Positions 19,647 through 32,011 of a stretch of 64,000 bases of DNA are shown piece after piece (the first letter of the stretch is position 1; each line of letters opens with the position of its first letter). Source of the stretch: an uncultured Acidobacteriota bacterium (GTDB taxonomy: Bacteria; Acidobacteriota; Blastocatellia; RBC074). The stretch is from positions 1,088,001 through 1,152,000 of the forward strand of contig CAWCKY010000006.1 of assembly GCA_963796275.1 (NCBI GenBank). Reading direction: 5' to 3'. Position numbers and translations under genes: made by a program. Below the pieces are notes generated by a model. That model was not told where the DNA came from. It saw nothing but the letters and a program-made list of their open reading frames with translations, and did not search any database.

Positions 19647-19986
19647 TTCAGATTATCTAAAAATCTGAAATCTCTCACCTTCGCCATATCAGGTAGTGCT
19701 CTGGCTTTGGATGTGTGTGAGCGGTCGAAAAGCCTACAACCAGATTTGCCGTTCGTGCAAGAGTCTATTCGATCACATTTACACGGAGGATGAGCGTTCT
19801 ATTTCTCTTCATCCTCCCCGTTTCACTGTTCCGGTATCGTCTAGCGCGAGCGAATGATTAGCGCCTATGGTAATCTACAACATAGATCGATCCGACCCGC
19901 TGGTTGTGATGAGCGGGAAAGATGAGAAAGAATTGAGAGTTCGACTATGAAATGGGGAAGAAGCGGAAGGCACGCTACAAAACTTG

Positions 19987-20008
19987 AATGTGTTCTTGAA
20001 TGTGTTCT
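19987..20008. repeat. Putative integrase arm-type site (tandem 12-bp unit)
   Basis: Identical to 15437-15458 and 32 bp from the att core. Confidence 0.75.
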
Positions 20009-20041
20009 TGATATGGAAACGATGAGGAAAATCAGGCAAAA

Positions 20042-20122
<81 letters not shown>

Positions 20123-20175
20123 ATAAATGAAAAGAGCTCATAATAATTACTCTTTGACGCGTTGAGGAATCCGCA

Positions 20176-20204
20176 ATATTACTAATCGAGCCATATCTCG
20201 TCAA
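20176..20204 (-). promoter_or_regulatory. Putative sigma70 promoter of tRNA-His
   Basis: TTGACG-17 nt-TAATAT on the minus strand. Confidence 0.55.
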
Positions 20205-20219
20205 GCCCCTGACATTTAA

Positions 20220-20340
20220 CATTTTAGATTTGTCATTTTAGATTTGTCATTGAAGATATTTAGATATTTTTAGATTTGTCGTTGAAGGTATGAAGTTTCT
20301 TCAATGTAAAATGACAAATCTAAATGACAAATCTAAAATG
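20220..20340. repeat. AT-rich heptamer palindromic repeat (TTTAGAT/TTGTCAT ... ATGACAA/ATCTAAA)
   Basis: Tandem tttagatttgtca units on the left and reverse-complement atgacaaatctaaa units on the right. Confidence 0.8.
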
Positions 20341-21402
20341 TCAGGATGTTTTTAACGCCCGGCGGATCAAGGGGGCCAGCTTATCCGGCTCCGCCAAAAA
20401 ACCATCGTGTCCGTGCGATGATTGAATCTCCGCATACTCGGCATCGACTCCGGCTTCGCGCATGCGCGCGCATAAAGCTTTGACGTCTTCGGCAGGGAAG
20501 AGCCAGTCGGAAGAGATGCCTACCATCAGCACGCGCGCGCGCATGCGCCGCAAAGCCACCCGCTCGGATTCGTATCCGGCCGCCGGATCGAAATTGTCCA
20601 TCGCCTTGGAGATGATCAGGTAAGATCCGGCATCGAATCTTCTCGTGAATATCTCACCCTGGTAATCGAGGTAGCCTCCGATATCGTAGCGCTCGCTCAG
20701 CGAATTCATAGGATCCTCGCCATTGCGATTCGGATTGCGAGCATAACGCTCGGTGAAGAGCCCGGCCGACTTGTAAGAGAGCATCGCAATAGCGCGCGCC
20801 AGCGCCAAACCACATCGAGGCGGATCACGCTCGTCATTCAGAATCGCGAGACGCTGAAGATGGTTCAACGCCAGCGCCATGGCGCCGAGCGGGACTGCGC
20901 CGATGGCGATGGATCGCCGCGTTCTATCGGGAAAATCTATTGCCCACTGAATCGCCTGCATGCCGCCGATCGAACCGCCGATCACCGCGTACAATTTATC
21001 TATCATTAGATAATCGAGCAGGATGGCCTGCGAGCGCACCCAGTCGCGCACGGTGACCAGAGGAAAACGAACGCCGTAAGCTTCCCCGGTTGCGGGGTCG
21101 ATATCTCGCGGCCCCGTCGAACCGTAACACGATCCGATTATATTGACCCCGATGATGCAATCGCGCGAGAGGTCGAATACTCCTTCGCCACCGAACAACT
21201 GCGGCCACCAATCGCCCACGCGAGCCGAGCCGGACAACGCGTGACAGACCAGGATGGCATTGTCACGCCGCTCATTGAGCTCACCGTATATCGCGTAATG
21301 TAATTTGACCTGGTGCAGGTATGCGCCGGACAGCAATACGAATGGCTCGTCTTGTTGAAAAACGAAATCGCCTTCAAAGGTGGGGTCGATCCGATAGGGC
21401 AT
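20341..21402 (-). CDS. metX: Homoserine O-acetyltransferase
   Basis: CHALSG, GSCYGSTGP, GGSIGGM nucleophile elbow, SSDWLFP and HGHDGFL. Confidence 0.95.
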   Translation of the reverse strand: MPYRIDPTFEGDFVFQQDEPFVLLSGAYLHQVKLHYAIYGELNERRDNAILVCHALSGSARVGDWWPQLFGGEGVFDLSRDCIIGVNIIGSCYGSTGPRDIDPATGEAYGVRFPLVTVRDWVRSQAILLDYLMIDKLYAVIGGSIGGMQAIQWAIDFPDRTRRSIAIGAVPLGAMALALNHLQRLAILNDERDPPRCGLALARAIAMLSYKSAGLFTERYARNPNRNGEDPMNSLSERYDIGGYLDYQGEIFTRRFDAGSYLIISKAMDNFDPAAGYESERVALRRMRARVLMVGISSDWLFPAEDVKALCARMREAGVDAEYAEIQSSHGHDGFLAEPDKLAPLIRRALKTS

Positions 21403-21417
21403 AAATACATTTATATC

Positions 21418-21526
21418 TCACGCAAAGCCGGAACATTTTACATTTGTTATTAACTCTTACAGCGAGCAACCCGATGACAAATGTCAAATATAAAATGACA
21501 AATGTAAATGTTCCGGCTTTGCGTGA
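21418..21526. repeat. ~33-bp inverted repeat between metY and metX
   Basis: tcacgcaaagccggaacattttacatttgttatt versus aatgacaaatgtaaatgttccggctttgcgtga (one indel, one mismatch). Confidence 0.85.
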
Positions 21527-21551
21527 AGTTTCCCATCTATAAGCCGCAGCC

Positions 21552-22898
<1,347 letters not shown>

Positions 22899-23111
22899 TT
22901 ACCGGATTTATCAGGACTTTGTGAATCGGATCGAAGCTGGAGTTATCCTATGAATCCTCTCTTAAATCCTCTATGAATTCCCATTGAAATAGCGATGTGA
23001 GTAATTGCACGAGTACGACGATCTCGCAGGAAATGCTGGGTCTCGGCCGGGTCCATATAAATTATCGTGATAAATTATCGTGCTAAATTGAACATCGACA
23101 AAAACGCGGGC

Positions 23112-23141
23112 AGTCTAGGCCAGACACCACGCATCTGTCAA
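23112..23141 (-). promoter_or_regulatory. Putative sigma70 promoter of metY-metX
   Basis: TTGACA-18 nt-TAGACT on the minus strand, ~240 nt before metY. Confidence 0.5.
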
Positions 23142-23167
23142 CGTTATAATCAGATATACATACTGTT

Positions 23168-23569
23168 ATGAGCATAAATATCCCTCGCTCGATCGTCGAC
23201 GAAATCATTAATCAAGCTCGCGCCGAGCATCCGCGAGAGTGTTGCGGTCTGCTCGGCGGCAGCGATTCACACGCGCGCAATCGCTATCCGTTGCAGAACA
23301 GATCACCCGAGCCGGAGAGACGATATTTCGTTGCGCCGGAAGAGCTCTTCGGAGCCATGCGGCGAATGCGGGATGTGCGTGATGAGCTGGTCGTTATATA
23401 TCATTCGCATCCGCGCAGCCCGGCTTATCCATCGCAGACCGATATCGAGCTGGCTTTCTATCCCGAAGCGGTCTACCTGATTGTCGCCCTCGAACCGAAG
23501 ACTGAGCTGCGCGCATTTCGGATCAATGAGGGAGGAGTGCTTGAGATTGCAGTCGATGTGATAGATTGA
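23168..23569 (+). CDS. JAB/Mov34 (M67) metallopeptidase, Mec-like
   Basis: ECCGLL and the JAMM motif YHSHP..PAYPSQTD. Confidence 0.9.
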   Translation: MSINIPRSIVDEIINQARAEHPRECCGLLGGSDSHARNRYPLQNRSPEPERRYFVAPEELFGAMRRMRDVRDELVVIYHSHPRSPAYPSQTDIELAFYPEAVYLIVALEPKTELRAFRINEGGVLEIAVDVID

Positions 23570-23616
23570 CGCCATTTTGCGCCGCTAATGTCTTTTGAGA
23601 TTTCGTAGCCTGTCTC

Positions 23617-24351
23617 TCAACGTAAAAACCCTTCTTTAAATCCCAGGTCGTATGCGAGCGAAAGCCCGAACCCGAGGCTGAAGAGCCCCGCTGCCGCTTG
23701 CACGGCTAGATGCGTGCGCTTGAAGTGCTCCGCGGTAAATCGCGCCGGAAGGCTGAGTATTATACTCATCAACATCATCCCTCCGATCGATCCGGCGCCG
23801 AAGACGATGATGTATCCAAAAGCGACCCAGGTCGAGTCGATCTGTGTTAACACGATAAGCATCAGCGCCGCGCTCCCCGCCAGGCCATGAACCATCCCGA
23901 CGATGAGCGGCCGTATGCTCAACCGCAAACCGTGATGCGAAGTTGGGTCCAGTTCAGGTTTGTTCTCGTGAATATGCGGATGGATGTGGGTGTAGGAGCC
24001 GTGCGAATGGGCATGATAATGCAACCGGCCGCCGCGCACGAGTTTGATGAGCACGTTCGCGCCCAATCCGATCAGCATCAATGCCACAAAAAATTCCAGT
24101 ATTTTCTCGTATCGCTCTATGCTGATGTTCAACAGAATTACGCCAACGCCGGCGAGCATGAGCGAGGCCGTGTGTCCGATGCCCCATACCCCGCCGATCA
24201 GCAGAGAGCTCAGCAAGTTTTTCCGTTCGCAGACGATGGTCGAAACGGCTGCCAGGTGATCCGCATCGAAAGCGTGTTTGATACCTATGCCCAGGCCTCC
24301 CAACAAGATCGAGACGGCGGATAGCGTTGTGATATCTTCAAGAAAGAACAT
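23617..24351 (-). CDS. UreH/NiCoT-like nickel/cobalt permease
   Basis: HAFDADHLAAV, WGIGH, His-rich loop HYHAHSHGSYTHIHPHIH and GMVHGLAGS. Confidence 0.85.
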   Translation of the reverse strand: MFFLEDITTLSAVSILLGGLGIGIKHAFDADHLAAVSTIVCERKNLLSSLLIGGVWGIGHTASLMLAGVGVILLNISIERYEKILEFFVALMLIGLGANVLIKLVRGGRLHYHAHSHGSYTHIHPHIHENKPELDPTSHHGLRLSIRPLIVGMVHGLAGSAALMLIVLTQIDSTWVAFGYIIVFGAGSIGGMMLMSIILSLPARFTAEHFKRTHLAVQAAAGLFSLGFGLSLAYDLGFKEGFLR

Positions 24352-24363
24352 CGGATTATTCTA

Positions 24364-25986
24364 TCAGATCAATTTATGAAAACGGCCCATCCAGTAAGGG
24401 AGCAGGAAAAATGCGCCGTCATCTTCGCCGCGGCCGCCGTCGCCGCCATCGAGCCGGTAAGGATTTCCATTCCACTTCATCACCGGCAATTCGTCGAAAG
24501 GCAATACTATCAGTGACTGTCTCTGTTTGAAACGATCCGGCGTCGAGCTGAACGGAACATCGGACCGGTGGGAGTTCGTCACGGTCCAGGTCACCAGATC
24601 GACGGGGATTTCGTGCAGCGTCTTGATCGATAGGGCTCGATCGAAATCCTGGCTGCCACTGCCGGCGGCGTAAATGAAATTCCAGAGCGGATTGCGTTCC
24701 GGGCGCTCGACCGCCCAGCTCCGCTGCAGACTTTGGAGATAGACCTCGCGCAGCTTCGGGTCCGTTTCGTAGAGCAGCAGCGGATAATATGAAAGGAAAG
24801 CCAGCTCGTCGTCCGAGTGATTGATCCGGCCGGGAATGTTGATCTTCTGGTTGCGCGTGAGCAGATGATAGCGATGTTTGCTTATCAGTTCGTCGTAAGC
24901 CGACTGGAACTTCCCGGTGATGTGGATGGCGACGCGCAAGTGCGATAGGAGGTGCAGCGCGCGCAGGCCGGTCTCATCGGGATCGGCCAATATCGCGTCC
25001 GGATCCCACCAGCCCCAGGCCGTACGCTTGCCATCTAAATCGATCAATTGATAGCCGTGATCGAGTATGTGATTGGTGATGCGTTCGATTACGGCGCGAA
25101 TCTTCCTTTTCTCGTCCTCATCGGCGACGAGGTCGTAATAGATCGGGTAGACGAAGTAATGGCCGACGATCTCATCCGAACTCGTATCGCCCTTCCATCG
25201 CCATCGGCCATCGGCAGTCGTGTGCCACTCGCCGTCCTTCGGTTGTTCGTCAATGCCGATCTCGATGAACGACCGGGCAGGGAAGCCCGGAATATCCGTG
25301 ATCTCCTCGAGCCTCATTATCGCCTGCATACCCTGGCGCGCGAATTCGCGCGCATCTGCTGCTCCCGTGACTTTAAAACGAAAACACTGGGCAGCCACAT
25401 AGATCGCCGTCCACAGGCCGTCGTTATCGTCGGAGACCGTCTGACTGCTCGAGAGATCGCCCGGGACACGAAGACGAGAGCCCGCGGTCAGGCCGTGGCG
25501 AACGTGTCGCGCCCGCACTCGCTCGTCAAATGCCCTCGCTTTTTCTGCGAGGGACATCCGTTTGTACGCGATCCGGCTGTATCCTCCAGGCGTCTCGGCC
25601 CAAATGGCTTTCTCATCGTCAAAACCTATCGCGGTGACTCGATCGTCCGGGAGCCAGCGTTTACCCGCGAAATATTGGATAGACTGAGTGGGAAGGTGGT
25701 AACTGAACATCCCACGATTCGTCCCTATCCATAACGTCTCGACATCGTTGTCCGTCAGATCGCCTGCGATAACTGTGATTTCGTAATTGGGAAACGGCCG
25801 CCGGAATTGCAACCGGGATAAAACATCTTGGGGGGCCGACCGGTATAGTTTGACACGGTCCGCGGTAAGCCGGCGGAATTCACCGGCCGTGTGAAAGGTG
25901 CGAATTTTCTGCGGGACGTCATCGGCAGGAATAGCGAAAGCCGCTGAAATGAGAAAAGGCACAATAAGAAGACTGAAAGTTGCCAT
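24364..25986 (-). CDS. Secreted hypothetical protein: short propeller repeat plus probable (alpha/alpha)6 hydrolase-like domain
   Basis: Signal peptide; LWIGT repeat; acidic motifs DNDGLWT, GDTSSDE and NHSDDEL; C-terminal LLPYWMGR. Confidence 0.65.
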   Translation of the reverse strand: MATFSLLIVPFLISAAFAIPADDVPQKIRTFHTAGEFRRLTADRVKLYRSAPQDVLSRLQFRRPFPNYEITVIAGDLTDNDVETLWIGTNRGMFSYHLPTQSIQYFAGKRWLPDDRVTAIGFDDEKAIWAETPGGYSRIAYKRMSLAEKARAFDERVRARHVRHGLTAGSRLRVPGDLSSSQTVSDDNDGLWTAIYVAAQCFRFKVTGAADAREFARQGMQAIMRLEEITDIPGFPARSFIEIGIDEQPKDGEWHTTADGRWRWKGDTSSDEIVGHYFVYPIYYDLVADEDEKRKIRAVIERITNHILDHGYQLIDLDGKRTAWGWWDPDAILADPDETGLRALHLLSHLRVAIHITGKFQSAYDELISKHRYHLLTRNQKINIPGRINHSDDELAFLSYYPLLLYETDPKLREVYLQSLQRSWAVERPERNPLWNFIYAAGSGSQDFDRALSIKTLHEIPVDLVTWTVTNSHRSDVPFSSTPDRFKQRQSLIVLPFDELPVMKWNGNPYRLDGGDGGRGEDDGAFFLLPYWMGRFHKLI

Positions 25987-26064
25987 GTTTCTTTCCTCTA
26001 TCTAAATATCCCCTATTGTGACCTTGGTGGAGAATTCCGGTCCGGTAACGCGCACGCGCCTGAA

Positions 26065-26862
26065 CTATCCGACGCGGATTGAATGATCGGTGAGGTACTT
26101 CCATCCCTCTTCGCTCAGCAGATCGAACGAAGATAATCCGTCCTGCTCCGTGCCCGGGAAGACGTATATCCCATCGCGCTCAATCGCGCGCGGATCGAGT
26201 GAGCGCAGCCCATTGAGAAGGCGATAGAATGTCCTGGGTTCCCAATACCGTTCTTCTTCCAGATTATCCACGATCTGACCAAATGGCTGGGCCAGTTGCG
26301 CGTAGGTCGGGCGGAAGCTGTAGTCGCCGACATCGTCAGCCACCGGTTCTTCGCGGTTATCGATCAGCATCAAGAGAGTGACGATAAGATATTCTTTCTG
26401 ATCTGAATAACGGTGCAGGCGATCGGTCTGCTCGCCGAGTTCCTCGGGCTCGGTCGCCATCGCGGCCTCGACTTCGTTCTGCCATTGATTGAAAGAGCTG
26501 ATCGCGGTTTCGGCCTCGGAATGATAGTCCCAAAAGCCATACTCCCAGGCATATTGATTCTCGATCAACAGCGATGCGACCGATTTGATGAAACGCCGTT
26601 TTTCGTCTGCGCTGTCAGTGTTATCTTCGGCCTCGACCAGGCGCGCCAGCTTCGAGCGCAATTCATCGCCCCCGAATACCTGGATGACCAGTTGTATGCC
26701 GAAAAAAAGCGCATGATCCTCCTGCGCGCCGCGGCCGCTCAGAAACGACCTTCTACCACGGTCGATCCGCCCTTGCTTCGATCCGCTCAGCGCCAGAATT
26801 ATTCCGCCCGCGAAGACCGCGAGTAAAATCAACATAACGAATATATAGATGCCGCTGCTCAT
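26065..26862 (-). CDS. Single-TM protein with a DUF1517-like domain
   Basis: N-terminal TM segment; GIQLVIQ..ELRSKLARL, WEYG, FNQW, EYLIVTLL and DGLSSFDLL follow the DUF1517 motif order as recalled. Confidence 0.6.
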   Translation of the reverse strand: MSSGIYIFVMLILLAVFAGGIILALSGSKQGRIDRGRRSFLSGRGAQEDHALFFGIQLVIQVFGGDELRSKLARLVEAEDNTDSADEKRRFIKSVASLLIENQYAWEYGFWDYHSEAETAISSFNQWQNEVEAAMATEPEELGEQTDRLHRYSDQKEYLIVTLLMLIDNREEPVADDVGDYSFRPTYAQLAQPFGQIVDNLEEERYWEPRTFYRLLNGLRSLDPRAIERDGIYVFPGTEQDGLSSFDLLSEEGWKYLTDHSIRVG

Positions 26863-26875
26863 TGAGGGATTGTAT

Positions 26876-28279
26876 TCAACCTCCGAAGAATCCGCCGCCG
26901 CTGCGCCCGTACGATCCGGAACGCCCGATGCGGGTGCCCGTCACTCGGCCGTCGTTTGATAAGCGTACGCTCGTACGCCCAAATCCGCTCGGCCTGGCTT
27001 TGCCGACGCCAACCGCTCCGGCCGCGCCGCCGACTCGCCTGGCATTGAAGACCGTCGGCCTTGAAACAGGCTGGTAACTCGGCCGCTCGAAATTCGGGGA
27101 AGAAGATGCAGGACGCGGGATCGTCCGCGTATACCCGCCGCTGTTACCCACCATAATATATGATGGTGGTCCGTATAAGTAATGACTGAAAAACCACCAA
27201 TGGGCGAGCGGCGAACCGCCGTAGTAGTAGTGTCGCGTTTCGACCGGGGCGCTCTGAGCCGGGGTACCCGTGGCATTCGGTGAACCTGGGGCAGCGCTGC
27301 CCGATGCCAGAATTGGCTCGTCATAGGGTTTGAATTCTGAGAGCCTCAACATCCGTACTTCGATTCCATTTTTTTGCCACTCGACCAGGTCGTCGTTGAT
27401 GTCGTCGAGCTCTTTCTCCTGGGCCTGATCTTTGACCAGATAGATCACCTGTTGGATATCGCGTTGTTTGAGTTGATCGGTCGGCGGTAGTTTTGCCAGA
27501 TAACGGTTGTCAAATTGTAAGCCATCATCGACGTACGGTGCCAGCCGGTTGTTATCGATGAGCATGATGGCGGGAGCGTCATCCTTCAGTTTGGTCTTCT
27601 TCTCCTCTATTTCGCGCGCATAGTAGACCATCGCCCCCAGCGTCTCCTGCGAATTCACGACTCCGAGCGGGTGCGGCCAGTTGTCGAAAGCGGGCACCAG
27701 ATGCGCGGCGTCGGCCATCGCGGCGCCCAATGCGATAGAGGCCGGACCCGGCAAGTCGGCGATGATCAAGGTCCGATTCGCATTTGTCGACTGCGAAATC
27801 AGGTTCCGCAATCCCTCGGCGCGTTTGTATGCGTCGTCCATCGCGGCTGTATCGATCGGCTTAATCTGTGAGTTGAGAGTCGGTTGCGATAGCGATTGTA
27901 TTAATGTAGGTACGAAGAATGGTTGCCATTCCGAACTGCGCGGTTGGTAGACCGAAATCAGATAATTGTGGTCATTCCCGCTCCAAGGCCTTCGCATGCT
28001 GTCATACGCTGTCGCGCCCGCGGAAAGGGAGAGTGTTCTTTCGGAAGATCCGACGTTCCATCCCTCTTTCTTTTGAAGCTCAAGAGAATCGTAAGCAACT
28101 TCAGGGTCATCATCGACTGAAAATTTAATGAGCGTGACCCCGGCCATGCCGAGCACGGCGGCCCATGCTAAACCCTTGCCCAGAGAACGGCGCGAGATGT
28201 GATTGGTAAACCATCCGGCGAGCGGTTCGGGTTTGGATTGCGATACTCTGCTCGATTGCGTTTTGGGTTTTCTATTCAT
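26876..28279 (-). CDS. Tat-signal hypothetical protein with an aromatic segment and a Gly/Arg/Ser-rich C-terminal tail
   Basis: SRRSLGK followed by a hydrophobic h-region; FDNWPHP and FDNRY; tail PSGFGRTSV...RSGSYGRSGGGFFGG. Confidence 0.75.
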   Translation of the reverse strand: MNRKPKTQSSRVSQSKPEPLAGWFTNHISRRSLGKGLAWAAVLGMAGVTLIKFSVDDDPEVAYDSLELQKKEGWNVGSSERTLSLSAGATAYDSMRRPWSGNDHNYLISVYQPRSSEWQPFFVPTLIQSLSQPTLNSQIKPIDTAAMDDAYKRAEGLRNLISQSTNANRTLIIADLPGPASIALGAAMADAAHLVPAFDNWPHPLGVVNSQETLGAMVYYAREIEEKKTKLKDDAPAIMLIDNNRLAPYVDDGLQFDNRYLAKLPPTDQLKQRDIQQVIYLVKDQAQEKELDDINDDLVEWQKNGIEVRMLRLSEFKPYDEPILASGSAAPGSPNATGTPAQSAPVETRHYYYGGSPLAHWWFFSHYLYGPPSYIMVGNSGGYTRTIPRPASSSPNFERPSYQPVSRPTVFNARRVGGAAGAVGVGKARPSGFGRTSVRLSNDGRVTGTRIGRSGSYGRSGGGFFGG

Positions 28280-28525
28280 AATTCGATGACTAATGACGAT
28301 TCACTTTTTAATTTTATTCTATCGCACTAGCTTAGTACATACGAATTATCCTTTCTTTGGTTCAAAGACTTAGAAATATCAGACAAAATGTGAAAAATGC
28401 ACCGGAACGCCGCGGTCCCGCATTTTATCTGTCGACAAGAGCATTTGCTCGGTAACCCGGAGTTTGAGGTTCGATATACTCTGGAGTCGCGACGGCCCCT
28501 TTTTCCTAAACAAAACAAATCCAAT

Positions 28526-28554
28526 TTGACTCGCGCGGGAAACGACGTTAGAAT
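28526..28554 (+). promoter_or_regulatory. Putative sigma70 promoter upstream of the T2SS/pilus cluster
   Basis: TTGACT-17 nt-TAGAAT, ~320 nt before pilC. Confidence 0.5.
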
Positions 28555-28873
28555 CCATTTTGCATCAGGCGCGAACCTCAAACTTCTGTACTGGTTGTGG
28601 CTGATCATAACTGTTAAGAAGTATTCTCACGTTGCCTAAACCCAAACCCTCCTGGTGCTTGCAGACAAAATCCCCATAATCATTGAAATTGGTTTGAGAT
28701 TTTATGAAACCCCAGGGGTCATGAGGCGTTCATTCAGTTGTTGAACATCTGTATCAGTTTTTCTACTAGGTTCTACTAGGTAATATAACGTTTCTCCCCT
28801 GCAGCAGAATCATTCGGATTCCTCGGATTCTCGAACCGGATGACTCGGATTTTCTCGGATTTATTTTATTAAG

Positions 28874-30091
28874 ATGGCAGAGTTTACCTGCAGACTTGGA
28901 ACGCCCGGTGGCGAGATTGTGACGCGCACGGTCGAAGGTCTCTCCGAACAGGAGTTGAGGCAGCGACTTGCGCAAGAGGGGTATCGCATCTTCGCGGTCG
29001 AAACTTCGGGGATGCTCGCTGGCGTGCGGGTGAGGGCGGGGGGCGGCCGTACAGTCAGGATCAAACTCGATGATTTCCTGCTATTCAACCAACAGCTGGC
29101 GGCATTAATTCACGCCGGATTACCGGTCTTGCAATCCATTCAGATGCTGAGCCAGCGCTCGCCCAATCCGAAGTTGCGGGTCATCCTGGCGGACGTCGAG
29201 GCGCGCATCAAATCGGGCAGCGCGCTTTCCGAGGCATTCGAAGCGCAGGGTGAAACCTTCCCCAGGATATATACGGCATCGATTCTGGCAGGCGAACGCT
29301 CGGGCAACCTCGACGACGTACTGCGCCGTTACGTAGACTACACGAAGGCGATCGCACAGCTTCGCCGGAAAATCCGGAGCGCGCTCACATATCCGATCAT
29401 TCTGCTTAGCGCCGCATTCATTCTGATCGGCGTGCTGACGACATTCGTGATACCACAATTCTCTTCGCTCTATGGAAATATGGGGACGGAATTGCCCACG
29501 ATCACGACGGTGGTGGTCGGCATTTCGTCGGGCGCCCGCGCGAACTTCTACTGGCTCGCACCCCTGATAATAACTGCCATTTTCGGATTCTTCTCCTGGC
29601 GGCGAACCGAGGGCGGCCGCCGCACGATTGACCGCTGGGTCCTGAAGATCCCGATCGTCGGAGAACTGATCAGGCAGATGACGACGGCGCAGCTTACGCG
29701 CAGTCTGGCTACGCTGCTGGCGGGCGGTATTACCCTGGTCGAGTCATTTCAGATAGGGCTCGCATCGATCGTCAACCGAGAGCTCCTTCGCTCGACCGAG
29801 CCCGCGCTATCCAAGATACGCGAGGGCAAACCGTTCACCGAGAGTCTTGATGCGGCCGGATGGATGCCGCCGCTGGCGGTGGATATGATCGGGGTCGGCG
29901 AACGCTCCGGGTCGCTCCGTGAAATGCTCGATGAGGTCGCGGGGTTTTACGATGCCGAGACGGAAGTGAAGCTCGGGCAATTGACGACTTTTATCGAACC
30001 GGCGATTCTCATTACGATGGGCTGCATTGTGGTTACCATCCTGCTGGCGATCTATTTGCCGCTTCTGCAGATGGTAACAAAGGTCGGATAA
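28874..30091 (+). CDS. pilC: Type II secretion / type IV pilus inner-membrane platform (GspF/PilC)
   Basis: QLAALIHAGLP, AGERSGNL, ALTYP, VGERSGSL and IEP..LAIYLP. Confidence 0.93.
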   Translation: MAEFTCRLGTPGGEIVTRTVEGLSEQELRQRLAQEGYRIFAVETSGMLAGVRVRAGGGRTVRIKLDDFLLFNQQLAALIHAGLPVLQSIQMLSQRSPNPKLRVILADVEARIKSGSALSEAFEAQGETFPRIYTASILAGERSGNLDDVLRRYVDYTKAIAQLRRKIRSALTYPIILLSAAFILIGVLTTFVIPQFSSLYGNMGTELPTITTVVVGISSGARANFYWLAPLIITAIFGFFSWRRTEGGRRTIDRWVLKIPIVGELIRQMTTAQLTRSLATLLAGGITLVESFQIGLASIVNRELLRSTEPALSKIREGKPFTESLDAAGWMPPLAVDMIGVGERSGSLREMLDEVAGFYDAETEVKLGQLTTFIEPAILITMGCIVVTILLAIYLPLLQMVTKVG

Positions 30092-30177
30092 ACGGATAAG
30101 CGGATGCTGAGCTGGGCTTCGAGGTTTACATCGATCCCGCTGATCCGGCATAACCTTTGAAATTTTCTGGGAAGAAA

Positions 30178-31801
<1,624 letters not shown>

Positions 31802-32011
31802 AAACTTTTGGAACGCTCTTAGAATCACAGCGTTCAAGCAGTTAGTTCACGTATCTGTTGATAGCCAAAGACCTCTCCCCCCTCCTGTCTGGGTTTTTGG
31901 CATTTAGATTTTGCTTAGATTTTGCGATTTTGATTTGCCGATAGGCAACGATGTTGGATTTCCGCCTACCGGTTTGCGGACCGGATGGGACTCTAAAAAG
32001 CGAAGGTCACC

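Noticed and set aside
20220-20340. CRISPR array (also considered for 2797-2843 and 60801-60895)
   Set aside because: The units are 7-14 bp with no unique spacers, and there are no cas genes.
28555-28873. c-di-GMP riboswitch in the long leader of the pilus cluster
   Set aside because: No GEMM consensus was found by eye; an Rfam scan would be needed.
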